Source: Nitrososphaeraceae archaeon (GTDB taxonomy: Archaea > Thermoproteota > Nitrososphaeria > Nitrososphaerales > Nitrososphaeraceae). Taken from it: a DNA stretch of 47,097 nucleotides. Every line of letters starts with the position of its first letter. The first letter of the stretch is position 1. The notes below the pieces were generated by a model. The model searched no databases and was not told where the DNA came from. It saw only the letters and a program-made list of their open reading frames with translations. The stretch lies in contig DATFEP010000035.1 in NCBI GenBank assembly GCA_035250975.1, positions 1 to 47,097 on the forward strand, read 5' to 3'. Shown here in pieces: positions 10,408 through 21,035 of this stretch. The translations under genes and the position numbers were made by a program.

Positions 10408-11078
10408 GACTTTATAGCCGATACAATAGCAGCTGTTCCGTAAGTATAATGCTTGTAATTAACAGATTTGAATCCCTTTTTTTCTAATGCCTCTACAAGA
10501 TCCTTAATCCATTGACTTTTTTCGATGACATAATCTAGGTCAGAAAAAACTAATTCCCACGATTTAACTATTTTTCCAATTACCTTTAGTATTACAAAAT
10601 ATGACTTCCACATATTTTGCATAAAGAAATTAGTAGGATATGTGAAGTCATGAACAATTATCGATCCATTTTTCTTGATAATGCGCCAGAGTTCGTCCAC
10701 CAAAAGAGGAATATTTGCATACTTAGCTAGGTATGAAGATATTATTACATCAAATGTGTCAGATTGAAATGGCAAAAACTCTGCCACGCAATTTGTCAGA
10801 AATGAGTACCTCATTCTATTTTTTGCCTTTGTAATGTAATCATATGTCATATCAGCTCCAAACATCTCTAAATTTGAGCTTGGAATAAATGTAGAACAAA
10901 TCCCTGTTCCACATGCAAGGTCTAGAATACGTATATGTTCTCCTTTAACATTTTTCATAATATGCCTTTTCCATGATGAATCCTTTCCAAAAGTCGTATA
11001 TTTTACAACCAGGTCATAACTTAATGCGTTATCAGAAGAAAAGAATTTTTTTGGGAGAGTATATCCGTTAAAATTCAT
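10404..11078 (-). CDS. ubiE: UbiE/MenG-family C-methyltransferase
   Basis: YD.....TFGKDSSWKR, ILDLACGTG, AEFLPF..DTFD, HDFT.P, YTYGTAAI. Confidence 0.8.
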   Translation of the reverse strand: MNFNGYTLPKKFFSSDNALSYDLVVKYTTFGKDSSWKRHIMKNVKGEHIRILDLACGTGICSTFIPSSNLEMFGADMTYDYITKAKNRMRYSFLTNCVAEFLPFQSDTFDVIISSYLAKYANIPLLVDELWRIIKKNGSIIVHDFTYPTNFFMQNMWKSYFVILKVIGKIVKSWELVFSDLDYVIEKSQWIKDLVEALEKKGFKSVNYKHYTYGTAAIVSAIKS

Positions 11079-11421
11079 TCTATCATAATTATTACTTATC
11101 TATAATATAATGTTAGATATCATCTAAATATCGCGATTTGCTTGAGGATTTTCAAGATAAATTAGATAAATCATCATTTCTCTTATATTATTGTAATAAT
11201 AAGAGGATCAAACTTTAAGCCGCACACAGGTAAATCAATACGAAACCATTTCACATATAAAATGTAAAAACTACCATGTTTTGAGACAGAATTAAAAATT
11301 CAAGGGATCAAATGAAAGCAAATACATTACGTGAATTTTATAATAATTAAATTGAGAAAATATGTTCTTTTGAGAATCACTTGATAGATTAATATATATA
11401 CAAGATTGGCGGTTATAAACT

Positions 11422-11751
11422 ATGACAGTATATAATAATTTTCCAATGAGAGACTGGCATATTAAACATATGGAGAAAACTATTGTAAAGTTTGTAACAG
11501 GATTATCGCCTAATCCATCACACTGGGAAAAGAGACAGCATAAAAGATTTAATAATATATATCGCACTTGTGGAAAAATAAATCACGATATTAAACATGG
11601 AGTAACAAGTGAAGAAGTTCAAGTTTTTTTGCAGAAAATTCACGATGATTCTTCTTTTATTGACCTTCGAAAAAAAGAAGGTGTAATAGAAAGGTTAGAG
11701 GAAGTAGAGAAACATTTTGGCCCTTCCAGAAATAATGGATTCAATATTTAA
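11422..11751 (+). CDS. Conserved hypothetical protein, paralog of 33203..33523
   Basis: Roughly half the residues identical to the 33203 protein by eye (PMR.WH.K.MEKT, DIKHGV, DLRK.EG). Confidence 0.85.
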   Translation: MTVYNNFPMRDWHIKHMEKTIVKFVTGLSPNPSHWEKRQHKRFNNIYRTCGKINHDIKHGVTSEEVQVFLQKIHDDSSFIDLRKKEGVIERLEEVEKHFGPSRNNGFNI

Positions 11752-12163
11752 ATAAAGAATATCCTATAATTCCTAGGAATTAATACATTAGATTTTGTAT
11801 TAATTCCATTGGTTCAAATGTAAAGTGTTTTATTTTATATTTTATTACAAATAATATTTAAAAAACAAATCTTATGGAAAAATACCACTGAGCATATCAT
11901 AAGCAAGCATTATTACCTATACAGGAGATATTATTTCTGATCCAAATCCTTCCTCCTTAACAATATAATCAGATATACTAATTTTTAAACTATAACATAT
12001 TGCGCTATCGGTACAGGGTATATTGATATAGCAGTCATAAAATTACAAATATCACATTACAAGAACAAGCAAAAGATTGTAAAATGCTTTTTTTTAAATC
12101 TTCGAATTCCTATTTTTGCAATTTACAAGAGAATTTATAACTAGTAGATGGAGTGTCATTTTG

Positions 12164-12799
12164 ATGATAATTGATCTAACTCAATCAATCTCTCCAACAC
12201 TCAAGCAATTTCCAGGTTCACCTGATGTCGCATTTATAAAATGGTCAAAATATGAAATTGAAGGTTATAATTTAGAAGCAATGTTTTTAAGTACCCATAC
12301 AGGGACGCATATGGATGCACCATCTCATTTTATCAAGGAAGGTTACTCTGTTGATAAGATAGACGTGAATAGGTTCATCATGTCAAGTACACATATAATT
12401 AGAATTCATAAGGATCCTAATGAATTGATCTCGTTAGAAGATATTGTCAATAGTGGTGTATCCATCAACACAGGAGATTCGATCGTGTTTTCAACTGGAT
12501 GGGAAAAACACTATTTTTCTGATAATTATATGTCTTCTAATCCAGGTCTATCGATAGAAGCTGCTACTTATTTGATAGATAATAAGATCAATACAGTGGC
12601 AATAGATACTCCAAGTATAGACGCAGGTAAAGATAGTTCCTTTATAGCACATCAGGCACTCTTAAAAAATAATATTATTATAATAGAGAATATTTGTAAC
12701 CTCGAAAAGATAAATAAAAATAATTTTACATTTATCGCCGTTCCACTGAAAATTATGGGTGCGACTGGTTCTCCTATTAGAGCTTTAGCAATTATCTAA
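12164..12799 (+). CDS. Cyclase-family metal-dependent hydrolase (kynurenine formamidase-like)
   Basis: HTGTHMDAPSH, IDTPSID, AH..LL, IIENI.NL, GSPIRA; start moved to MIIDL. Confidence 0.92.
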   Translation: MIIDLTQSISPTLKQFPGSPDVAFIKWSKYEIEGYNLEAMFLSTHTGTHMDAPSHFIKEGYSVDKIDVNRFIMSSTHIIRIHKDPNELISLEDIVNSGVSINTGDSIVFSTGWEKHYFSDNYMSSNPGLSIEAATYLIDNKINTVAIDTPSIDAGKDSSFIAHQALLKNNIIIIENICNLEKINKNNFTFIAVPLKIMGATGSPIRALAII

Positions 12800-13103
12800 A
12801 ATATAAAAAGGAACATTTAATTATTTTAAAAAATTAAAAAAAATTCTATTATGAACAATATATATAATATAATAAGTGACTTTTAGAATTAACATGAATG
12901 ACGAATTAAATTATATTGTTTTTTAGTTTATATGGTGATCTATTTTCGAGTAAGTCCTATTAAATCTTGAAATTTTTAATATAATTTTTTTAGTAAATCT
13001 TTTTTGTAAAGATAATTAAATACATAACAATCAATAATATTGCAGAAATTCATACAATCTAATAAACATTCAAATATTATAGTATACTTGTATCAAAAAT
13101 ACA

Positions 13104-14207
13104 ATGATAAAATTTACAAAATCATCAATATTTTTCTTTCTTCTAATCTTTGTCCCCATTGCCATTTCATTAGATTTACTCCATTCAAATCACATTATCT
13201 TATTTATTATTGCAGTAATAGCATTATTACCACTTGCAAAGTTAATAGGAGATTCTACCGAACATCTTTCCACTCATTATGGGACTACTTTAGGATCTCT
13301 ACTAAATGTGACATTTGGAAATGCTGCGGAAATAATAATTGCGGTAGTGGCTATTAATGCTGGTTTACTAGATCTAGTAAAGGCATCAATAACTGGTGCG
13401 ATCCTTGGAAATATAATGTTAATTTTCGGTTTGAGTATGATTGCTGGAGGTATTAGAAGAAAGGAACAACTTTTCAGTATACAAAATGCAGGACTTCAGT
13501 CAACAATGATCTTCTTGGCAATAATAGGATTAGCTATTCCCACTGTCCTATCCAGCACGGTACTGAAACCTGTCGATATAGAGAATCAAATTAAAATTGA
13601 ATTTTTGAGTGATGCTCTGGCATTTTTGCTATTAGGTGTCTATATTGCAGGAATAATATTTACATTTGTTACCCATAAATATTTATTTGTATCTCCTCAG
13701 TTGGAAGGGGAAAATGAAACTTATAGTGATCACAAGTATGCAAAACACTGGAGTAAGAAAAAGGCTTTTTTGATGTTAGCGGTAAGTATGATAGGGGTGG
13801 TTGCGATAAGTGAAATTCTAGTGGGATCGGTAGAAGAAACCAGCAAAGAATTTGGTTTTGGAGAATTATTTGTAGGGGCTATCATAGTTGGAATAGTTGG
13901 AAATGCAGCAGAACATAGTAGTGCTATTATTCTTGCAAGAAAAGGAAAGATTGATTTATCGATAGGAATAGCAGCTGGTTCTGGTACTCAAATAGCTTTA
14001 TTTGTAGTACCTATTTTGGTAATATTTGGAATAATGACAAATCAACCTTTTACGCTGGAATTTACGATTTATGAACTAGTCACTTTATTTCTTGCTGCCA
14101 TTATTCTTAATCTAATTGCACATGATGGAAAAAGTAATTGGTTTGAGGGTGTAATGCTAACTGCTGTGTATGTCATTATTGCAATTGGATTCTACTTCAT
14201 AGGATAA
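13104..14207 (+). CDS. chaA: Ca2+/H+ antiporter (CAX family)
   Basis: Alpha-repeats FGNAAE and VGNAAEH, G.ILGN, GSGTQIALF, SNWFEG. Confidence 0.93.
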   Translation: MIKFTKSSIFFFLLIFVPIAISLDLLHSNHIILFIIAVIALLPLAKLIGDSTEHLSTHYGTTLGSLLNVTFGNAAEIIIAVVAINAGLLDLVKASITGAILGNIMLIFGLSMIAGGIRRKEQLFSIQNAGLQSTMIFLAIIGLAIPTVLSSTVLKPVDIENQIKIEFLSDALAFLLLGVYIAGIIFTFVTHKYLFVSPQLEGENETYSDHKYAKHWSKKKAFLMLAVSMIGVVAISEILVGSVEETSKEFGFGELFVGAIIVGIVGNAAEHSSAIILARKGKIDLSIGIAAGSGTQIALFVVPILVIFGIMTNQPFTLEFTIYELVTLFLAAIILNLIAHDGKSNWFEGVMLTAVYVIIAIGFYFIG

Positions 14208-14938
14208 TTATTATTCAAAATTGTTGCAATATCTATTACTATTTGATGTGTATAAATTTCATTCATTGAAAATATTTATTTTTATTACTTGATTACCAAT
14301 ATGTTGACAATATAACAGAGAAATATATACTGTCTAACCTAAATTCGTCTAATAGTTTTTCTTATTCTATAAACCTTCTAAGGATTTGGAATAAAATCTT
14401 CATCATGAGGCTAATCTCGTACTCAAATTATTTTATATTATCATAAAGACGATCGAAAATTAACAGGTTCTGATTATAACATACATATGTATGGTGTGAA
14501 TTTATGTTAGATAGTATATTTAGGATGAATTTGATGAATGATAAGAACCAGTACTTTTTAAGTTTAAGATGTGTGTTATCGAATTAATATGTTATAAATT
14601 TACAATACTAGAAATAAATATTATTACACTTAATTCGTTGTATAAGTATGTCACTTTTCAAAAGGGTTGTTTCTGTTGTATATTTATAACGATTGTGGAA
14701 AAAGGAATTCCATTTAATGAAACTGTTTTTTTATTTTGAATATATGCCCTTTGTTCCACCTGTGAAAATCGATAATATGATATAAATTTTTTACGGGAAC
14801 AAATCGAGAAAATGGATTTCTTATATAAGTGTGATATCCGAGAAGGTATAGAATCAAATGATAATATAGCGAAACTAAATAATTTTTGAATTCGTACTAA
14901 CCAAAGCATTTTATTATGCTTTCTTGAAGTTGACGAAT

Positions 14939-15487
14939 ATGAGTAATACTTATTTAAGAATTGTCCAAATTATGCTTGGAATTATTGCTATAGGATTATC
15001 TCTATATGTGATTTTGAATCCTGCTCTTGCTTTGGCATACATGATAACAATCCTGTCTATCATTTTGATTATTACAGGTATCGAAAGGATTGTTCATGGG
15101 TTAAGCTCCTCAGAGTCAGCTTCGAAAACTTCAAAGATAGGAAATATTATTCTAGGAGTTATTGGAATTGGATTTGGAGTTTTTGTTGCTACGTATCCAG
15201 GATTTACCACTGGCTTCTTACTAACACTAATGGCATTAGGACTTTTATTCATAGGGGTGGCTAGAGTCATCACTGGATTATCTCAAAAGGATATAGCAAA
15301 ATGGTTGAGAATATTTCTCGTAATTTCGGGAAGCTTTGCAATCATAGCTTCTATAGTAGTATTTGCAGTCCCTCTGATAGGAGTTATATTATTAGCTTTG
15401 ATAATCTCAATCAGCTTACTGGTGATAGGAATAGATAGTATAACACAGGGGATTTCTGGAAGAAAAATAAGACTTACAAAACAATAG
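14939..15487 (+). CDS. HdeD/DUF308 family membrane protein
   Basis: Six TM helices in repeated G-I-x-R-I units; ATG at 14939. Confidence 0.85.
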   Translation: MSNTYLRIVQIMLGIIAIGLSLYVILNPALALAYMITILSIILIITGIERIVHGLSSSESASKTSKIGNIILGVIGIGFGVFVATYPGFTTGFLLTLMALGLLFIGVARVITGLSQKDIAKWLRIFLVISGSFAIIASIVVFAVPLIGVILLALIISISLLVIGIDSITQGISGRKIRLTKQ

Positions 15488-15988
15488 GATTATCTTTTCC
15501 ATTTTTTTAAAGATAGATAAAAAATCCAAAAATTCCTATTATCTTATATATTGTATGTAGACGATCGGAAAATCACACAAGTACTACAACCAGATATTCA
15601 CTAGATAATTATTCCACAACTATTTTTCTGACTAAACATATTTAGTTAGGTCACTCATAGCCTGTCAAACAATAGTAGTTTTGAAGTTTGTTTTAACATA
15701 ACCACTATAATGAAAATTTAGAATTCTTAGCGATGAATTCTAATACAATCATCAAATTGTATGAGGCTGGTCATAAATCATTGAACATATATTCTTAAAA
15801 ACATATTAAAATTTCAACAGAATATCTGAATCATAATTTCTTATAATAATAAAATAATCCATTCTAATCATAATTGGAAAGATAATAGTACACGTTGAAA
15901 AGATCATTTCAGTCTATTCATAGATATTTATCATAAATTATTGCTCAAGAAATAATAGACCCGCCAATCTTTAAAGAACTAGTATTGT

Positions 15989-16615
15989 TTGGACTTCCTA
16001 AATGAACTACTCTTCTCTTCCGAAAATTCATACCTCTTCGTTTTCGCAATTATATTTGTTATAAGTATCATACCCATTCTCACTCCCCCAACATGGGCCA
16101 TAGTGGTTATGTCTTATACTTTGAATCCTGCTTTGGACGCTGTTCTTCTTTCAGTGATTAGTGCATCTGCAGCTACATTAGGAAGATTTTTACTGATGAG
16201 ATTTTCTTCTATAGGAAGAAAAGTAATAAATGACGAGCGTAAATCTAGTCTGAACAAACTAAAAGATTATTTGGAAAAGAAAAAATATGGATATTTTCTA
16301 GGAACTATGCTTTTTGCTTTATTACCATTGCCAAGCAACATGCTCTTTGTTTCTTACGGGCTTATGAAAGTTCGATCATTACAGATAATAGCAGGTTTCT
16401 GGATTGGAAGATTCTCGGTATATCTGCTAATGATTTATTTATCAAAAAATATTTTACTTTCAATTACAGATATAATAGATCTGAGCTTTGCTTCTGTAAT
16501 ATGGATAGATGTTGCAGGTATAATTATGACTATCCTAATACTATTAATTGATTGGAATAAATTAATTTTCGAAAAAAAAATTGGATTTATTAAACCAAGA
16601 AGATTTATCCATTAG
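15989..16615 (+). CDS. DedA/VTT-like membrane protein
   Basis: IPILTPPTW, ATLGR, FALLPLPSN, GFWIGR; TTG start. Confidence 0.75.
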   Translation: MDFLNELLFSSENSYLFVFAIIFVISIIPILTPPTWAIVVMSYTLNPALDAVLLSVISASAATLGRFLLMRFSSIGRKVINDERKSSLNKLKDYLEKKKYGYFLGTMLFALLPLPSNMLFVSYGLMKVRSLQIIAGFWIGRFSVYLLMIYLSKNILLSITDIIDLSFASVIWIDVAGIIMTILILLIDWNKLIFEKKIGFIKPRRFIH

Positions 16616-16616
16616 A

Positions 16617-17729
16617 TTATAAAATTCTAATACCGGTATCGGCATTGAAGAGGAGTATATCTTCATACTTGGTTTCCAAAACGAGTTTGCTGCCATTTTT
16701 AAGAGAAGAATCTACAGATAAATTACTTACATGAATGATACTATTATTTTCAAGTTTAAATTCATATATTGTTTCATCTCCTAGCATTTCCACAAAGCAA
16801 AGTTCTCCTTTGAAATGCATAGAATTAGAATCACTATAATCAGCTAAAAATATATCTTTTGGTCTGATACCCAAAGATATATTTTTTATAGATTCTCCAA
16901 AAGACGAAAGTACATCATACCATATCTTAGGAATGTTTATAGACATATTCTCAGATTTCAAGGAAATTGGTCGACCATCTTCCTTTCTTATTATCTCAAA
17001 ATTCAAAATATTTATTTGAGGATTTCCTATAAAATTTGCAACAAAAATATTCTGTGGCTTTTTATAAACTTCTTCTGGAGTACCTACCTGTTGAATTATT
17101 CCCTCATTTAAAATAACTATTTTGTCAGCCATACCCATTGCTTCAGTCTGATCATGAGTAATGTATATTGTAGTAACGCCGACACGTTTTTGAAGTTTTT
17201 TTATTTCTGATCTCATTTGTATCCTCAGTTTTGAATCTAGATTGCTTAGAGGTTCATCTAACAAAAATAGTTTAGGTTCTCTGACTAACGCTCTTCCTAA
17301 TGCTACCCTCTGCATTTGGCCTCCACTTAATTCTCTAGGTTTTCTTTTTAGCAACTCTGAAATGCCCAGCATTTGAGAGATTTTTATTACTTTATCTTTA
17401 ACTTCTTCTTTAGATAATTTTCTCATTTTAAGAGGAAATGCGATGTTGTCGTAGACTGTCATATGAGGATATAATGCATAATTCTGGAAAACTACCGCAA
17501 CATCGCGATCTTTTGGAGGAATTCCATTCACCAAATTGTCGTCTATAAATATTTGTCCATCACTAGGGTCTATTAGTCCAGAGATGCATCTTATGATTGT
17601 TGTTTTCCCACATCCGGAAGGACCCAATAATACCAAGAATTCACCATCTGCTATTTGGATTGAAAAATTTTCAATTGCTGTAAAGTTTCCATATTTCTTG
17701 CTTAATCCAGTTACCCTGACCCTTGACAG
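16617..17729 (-). CDS. Carbohydrate (CUT1) ABC transporter ATP-binding subunit, MalK/MsmX-like; probable CTG start
   Basis: GPSGCGKTT, FQNYALYPHM, LSGGQMQR, LDEPLSNLD, ITHDQ. The frame stays open 31 codons upstream of the track start (LSRVRVTGLSKKYGNFTAIENFSIQIADGEF), matching the normal MalK N-terminus. Confidence 0.93.
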   Translation of the reverse strand: MSRVRVTGLSKKYGNFTAIENFSIQIADGEFLVLLGPSGCGKTTIIRCISGLIDPSDGQIFIDDNLVNGIPPKDRDVAVVFQNYALYPHMTVYDNIAFPLKMRKLSKEEVKDKVIKISQMLGISELLKRKPRELSGGQMQRVALGRALVREPKLFLLDEPLSNLDSKLRIQMRSEIKKLQKRVGVTTIYITHDQTEAMGMADKIVILNEGIIQQVGTPEEVYKKPQNIFVANFIGNPQINILNFEIIRKEDGRPISLKSENMSINIPKIWYDVLSSFGESIKNISLGIRPKDIFLADYSDSNSMHFKGELCFVEMLGDETIYEFKLENNSIIHVSNLSVDSSLKNGSKLVLETKYEDILLFNADTGIRIL

Positions 17730-17854
17730 ATAATATCATGTTATCTAGACTTTCTATATTATTTAATTTTAGCCATTTTGATTAGCTTTATCTAATCATT
17801 TATAGATCATAATAGCCTATAGATAACCTTAAAAAATATCGTCTTGTTTATTGT

Positions 17855-19219
17855 TTGATGTCTAGTAGTAATGAAGCTCATGTTATAAAATTTCTTGAAC
17901 CGAAAAATATAGCAATTTTGTTAATGATACCAATTTCACTATTTTGTAGTATTACTGTTTTCAATCCAGTAACGATAATTAATTCTTATAGCCAGGAAGA
18001 GACCATCAAACTAACTGCTATTTTTGCTGAACCGAAAGAAAGATGGGATATACTCATTGAAAAGGCTCTAGAGAAATTAAACGAAATACATCCTGACAAA
18101 AAAATCCAAATTGAATATAGTGTTCTACCATATTCAGATACAAGGACACAAATTCTTACGGCTATGGCTGGCAAGTCAGAATTGGATCTTGTTTCACTTG
18201 ATCAGATTTGGCTGGGTGAATTTGCCGAAGCAGGATTTCTAACGGATATAACTGAAAAGACAAAAGTATGGAATAAGTCTTCAGACTGGTACGAAAATAA
18301 CTGGCTTGGAGGCATATATAAAGACAAAGTATATGGAATATGGGCATGGACAGATGTCAGAGCATTATGGTATTGGAAAGACCTGTTGAATCAATCCGGC
18401 TTATCATATGAAAAACTAAAAACATGGGATGGATATCTACAAGGATTCAAAATATTATCAGAAAGACTACCTGATAAGAATATTCAACCAATCCATCTAA
18501 CGAGTGCAAATCATGTTCCTGATATGTGGTATCCGTATTTATGGATGTTGGGTGGTAACATATTAGAATTAAGAGACGGTCATCCATCAAAAGGGAATTA
18601 CTGGTTTCCAACGTACAATAGTAAACAGGGTGTAATGGCACTTGAATTTTTAAGGGATCAAATTAACACCGGTATTAAACCTCAAATAAACCATTTTTGG
18701 GGTCAAGAGTTTGCAGATAAAAAATTTGCTGTAATGTTAGAAGGATCCTGGATTCTAGGTCATTTCCCAAAAGAAGAATGGAAGAATCTGAAAGAGAAAA
18801 TAGGTTTGATAACAATGTTTCCTGTTCCTAATAATACCACTAAAACATCTACCATGATGGGAGGATGGCTATTTAGCATTCCTGAAACTTCCAAACATAA
18901 AGACCTTGCATGGGAATTAATCACTATTATGTTAGATCCTGATGTTCTTAGGCCTATGCTTTTGAAAGAAGGTTATCTGCCTACGCAGAAGAGCATTGCA
19001 GAAGGAATTTACTCGAAAGAATTGAAATCTACTATTCCATATTATGAAGAGCTGATTTCACTTATTCCTTACGCTAAAGGTAGACCCAACATTCCTGAAT
19101 ATCCACAAATTGCAGATCACATACGCACAGCAATTGAGGAAGTCTATCAAGGAGCTGACCCGAAACAGTCTCTTGATAAGGCAGTAGAAGATTCAATGAA
19201 AGTGCTTGGATGGAAGTAG
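17855..19219 (+). CDS. Carbohydrate ABC transporter substrate-binding protein
   Basis: N-terminal hydrophobic segment; DQIWLGEFAEAG, KFAVMLEGSW, GGW.FSIP, RP.IPEY; upstream of two permeases. Confidence 0.9.
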   Translation: MMSSSNEAHVIKFLEPKNIAILLMIPISLFCSITVFNPVTIINSYSQEETIKLTAIFAEPKERWDILIEKALEKLNEIHPDKKIQIEYSVLPYSDTRTQILTAMAGKSELDLVSLDQIWLGEFAEAGFLTDITEKTKVWNKSSDWYENNWLGGIYKDKVYGIWAWTDVRALWYWKDLLNQSGLSYEKLKTWDGYLQGFKILSERLPDKNIQPIHLTSANHVPDMWYPYLWMLGGNILELRDGHPSKGNYWFPTYNSKQGVMALEFLRDQINTGIKPQINHFWGQEFADKKFAVMLEGSWILGHFPKEEWKNLKEKIGLITMFPVPNNTTKTSTMMGGWLFSIPETSKHKDLAWELITIMLDPDVLRPMLLKEGYLPTQKSIAEGIYSKELKSTIPYYEELISLIPYAKGRPNIPEYPQIADHIRTAIEEVYQGADPKQSLDKAVEDSMKVLGWK

Positions 19220-19299
19220 TGAAAACGAAATTCGAATTAAAATAAAAAGTAATATTGACCTGACGTTCATAACTTTTTAAATATTTTTGAACTACGACA

Positions 19300-20184
19300 T
19301 TGGAAATGCCAAGTAACAGAGCAACCATTGAACCATATTTATATCTGCTTCCAAGCTTACTAATTCTAGTCGTATTCTTATTGTTTCCTCTAATATGGAA
19401 TATTTATGTATCAATTCATAATGTGTCGATTTTGACAATTTTAAAAGACTGGGAATTTGTTGGATTGAAAAATTTTATTGACCTTCTAACAGAACCTAAA
19501 TTTTATGAATCTTTAAAACTAACTTTATTTTTTGCTGGTGGGTCGGTTCTAGCTCAATTTACCATAGGACTTGTTCTAGCTATTTTACTCAATCAAAAGA
19601 TACAAGGAACTAATCTCTTCAGAATGTTGTTAATAATTCCATGGAGTATTTCAACCGTAATAACTGCTTTCTCTTTTAAATTCATGTATGATGATAATTT
19701 TGGAATTCTGAATTATCTATTAAAACAGCTTGGATTGGACTCTGTTGGATGGCTTTCGGATCCAAATATCGCAATTTGGTCTATAGTTTTAACAAATATT
19801 TGGTACGGTACTCCCTTCACGATTTTGTTTTTGACTGCAGGCCTTCAGTCAATTAATCCTCTTCTTTATGAAGCTGCACTAATAGATGGAGCAACAAAGA
19901 TAAAGAGATTTTTTTTCATAACGATCCCACTTTTAAGACAATTTATGGTTACAAATCTTATTCTTATAACAGTATGGAGTATAAATTTCTTTGATTTACA
20001 GCTTATCATGACTGGAGGCGGTCCGTTGTTTTCCACTACCACGATCTCGCTATACATGTACAGACAGGCTTTTGAATTTGGTTCGTTCTCGGGTGGAGCA
20101 ACTATCGGCATTTTTTTGATAATTATGAATCTGCTTCTAACTTTAACCTACATAAAAATTTTTAATAGGAGAAGCGAGTTATGA
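19300..20184 (+). CDS. Carbohydrate ABC transporter permease (MalF-like)
   Basis: FVGLKNF, GILNYLL, EAA loop LYEAALIDGA, MTGGGP. Confidence 0.93.
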   Translation: MEMPSNRATIEPYLYLLPSLLILVVFLLFPLIWNIYVSIHNVSILTILKDWEFVGLKNFIDLLTEPKFYESLKLTLFFAGGSVLAQFTIGLVLAILLNQKIQGTNLFRMLLIIPWSISTVITAFSFKFMYDDNFGILNYLLKQLGLDSVGWLSDPNIAIWSIVLTNIWYGTPFTILFLTAGLQSINPLLYEAALIDGATKIKRFFFITIPLLRQFMVTNLILITVWSINFFDLQLIMTGGGPLFSTTTISLYMYRQAFEFGSFSGGATIGIFLIIMNLLLTLTYIKIFNRRSEL

Positions 20185-21035
20185 AAATCAATTCTGGAAA
20201 TAAATCAAAATTAGTCTTGACTGATAAATGGCTAATTTATTCTATCATATTCATTTACATCTTTATAACTTTGGTTCCTCTCATATGGGTATTCTCTACC
20301 TCTTTAAAATCTAATGATGTGGCTGTCTCTCTTCCTCCAAAGATTTTCCCTTCTGATCCAACCATAGAAAACTATATTTTTGTAATTACGGAACCGCGTC
20401 TACTTCATAGTTTGATAAATAGCTTACTTGTTAGTTTAGGTAGTACTGGACTAAGCGTGCTCATAAGTGCCTTAGGAGGTTATGCTTTTGCCAGGTTCAA
20501 ATTTAGAGGAAAGAACATACTTTTAAGTATAGTGCTTGGTCTTTTTATGATCCCTGTCATCATAAATATAATTCCTTTGTATCTTATGTTATCACAAGTA
20601 GGATTACTAAACTCTATATTTACACTTATGATTACTTTTCAGATTTTGATTATCCCTCTTAACATCTTTCTTTTGAAAAACTATTTTGAAACTATACCAC
20701 AGGAGCTAGAAGAGGCTGCCCTGGTAGACGGATGTTCTAGGTTTGGAATACTGAGAAGAATAATCATACCATTATCTACACCAGGACTTGCTATTGCATC
20801 AGTTTTAGCTTTTAGATTTTCATGGAACGAATTTCTTCTTCCAATAGTTTTGTCAAATAGACCTGATTCACTAGTTTTTCAGGTAGCATTATATCAATTT
20901 ATTTCTATTTACAGAATAGAATGGGGTTATTTGACTGCTGGAATCAACATAGCGTTGATACCCATTGTGGTGTTGATGTTATTGTTTCAAAAACAACTCA
21001 TCCAAGGTCTTACAGTAGGTTCATTGAAAGGGTAG
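20181..21035 (+). CDS. Carbohydrate ABC transporter permease (MalG-like)
   Basis: GYAFARFKFRG, IPQELEEAALVDG, FSWNEF, G.LKG terminus; ATGA overlap with the previous gene. Confidence 0.93.
   Translation: MKINSGNKSKLVLTDKWLIYSIIFIYIFITLVPLIWVFSTSLKSNDVAVSLPPKIFPSDPTIENYIFVITEPRLLHSLINSLLVSLGSTGLSVLISALGGYAFARFKFRGKNILLSIVLGLFMIPVIINIIPLYLMLSQVGLLNSIFTLMITFQILIIPLNIFLLKNYFETIPQELEEAALVDGCSRFGILRRIIIPLSTPGLAIASVLAFRFSWNEFLLPIVLSNRPDSLVFQVALYQFISIYRIEWGYLTAGINIALIPIVVLMLLFQKQLIQGLTVGSLKG

Noticed and set aside
14658-14909. 83-aa minus-strand ORF
   Set aside because: No motif; occupies the upstream region of the HdeD gene
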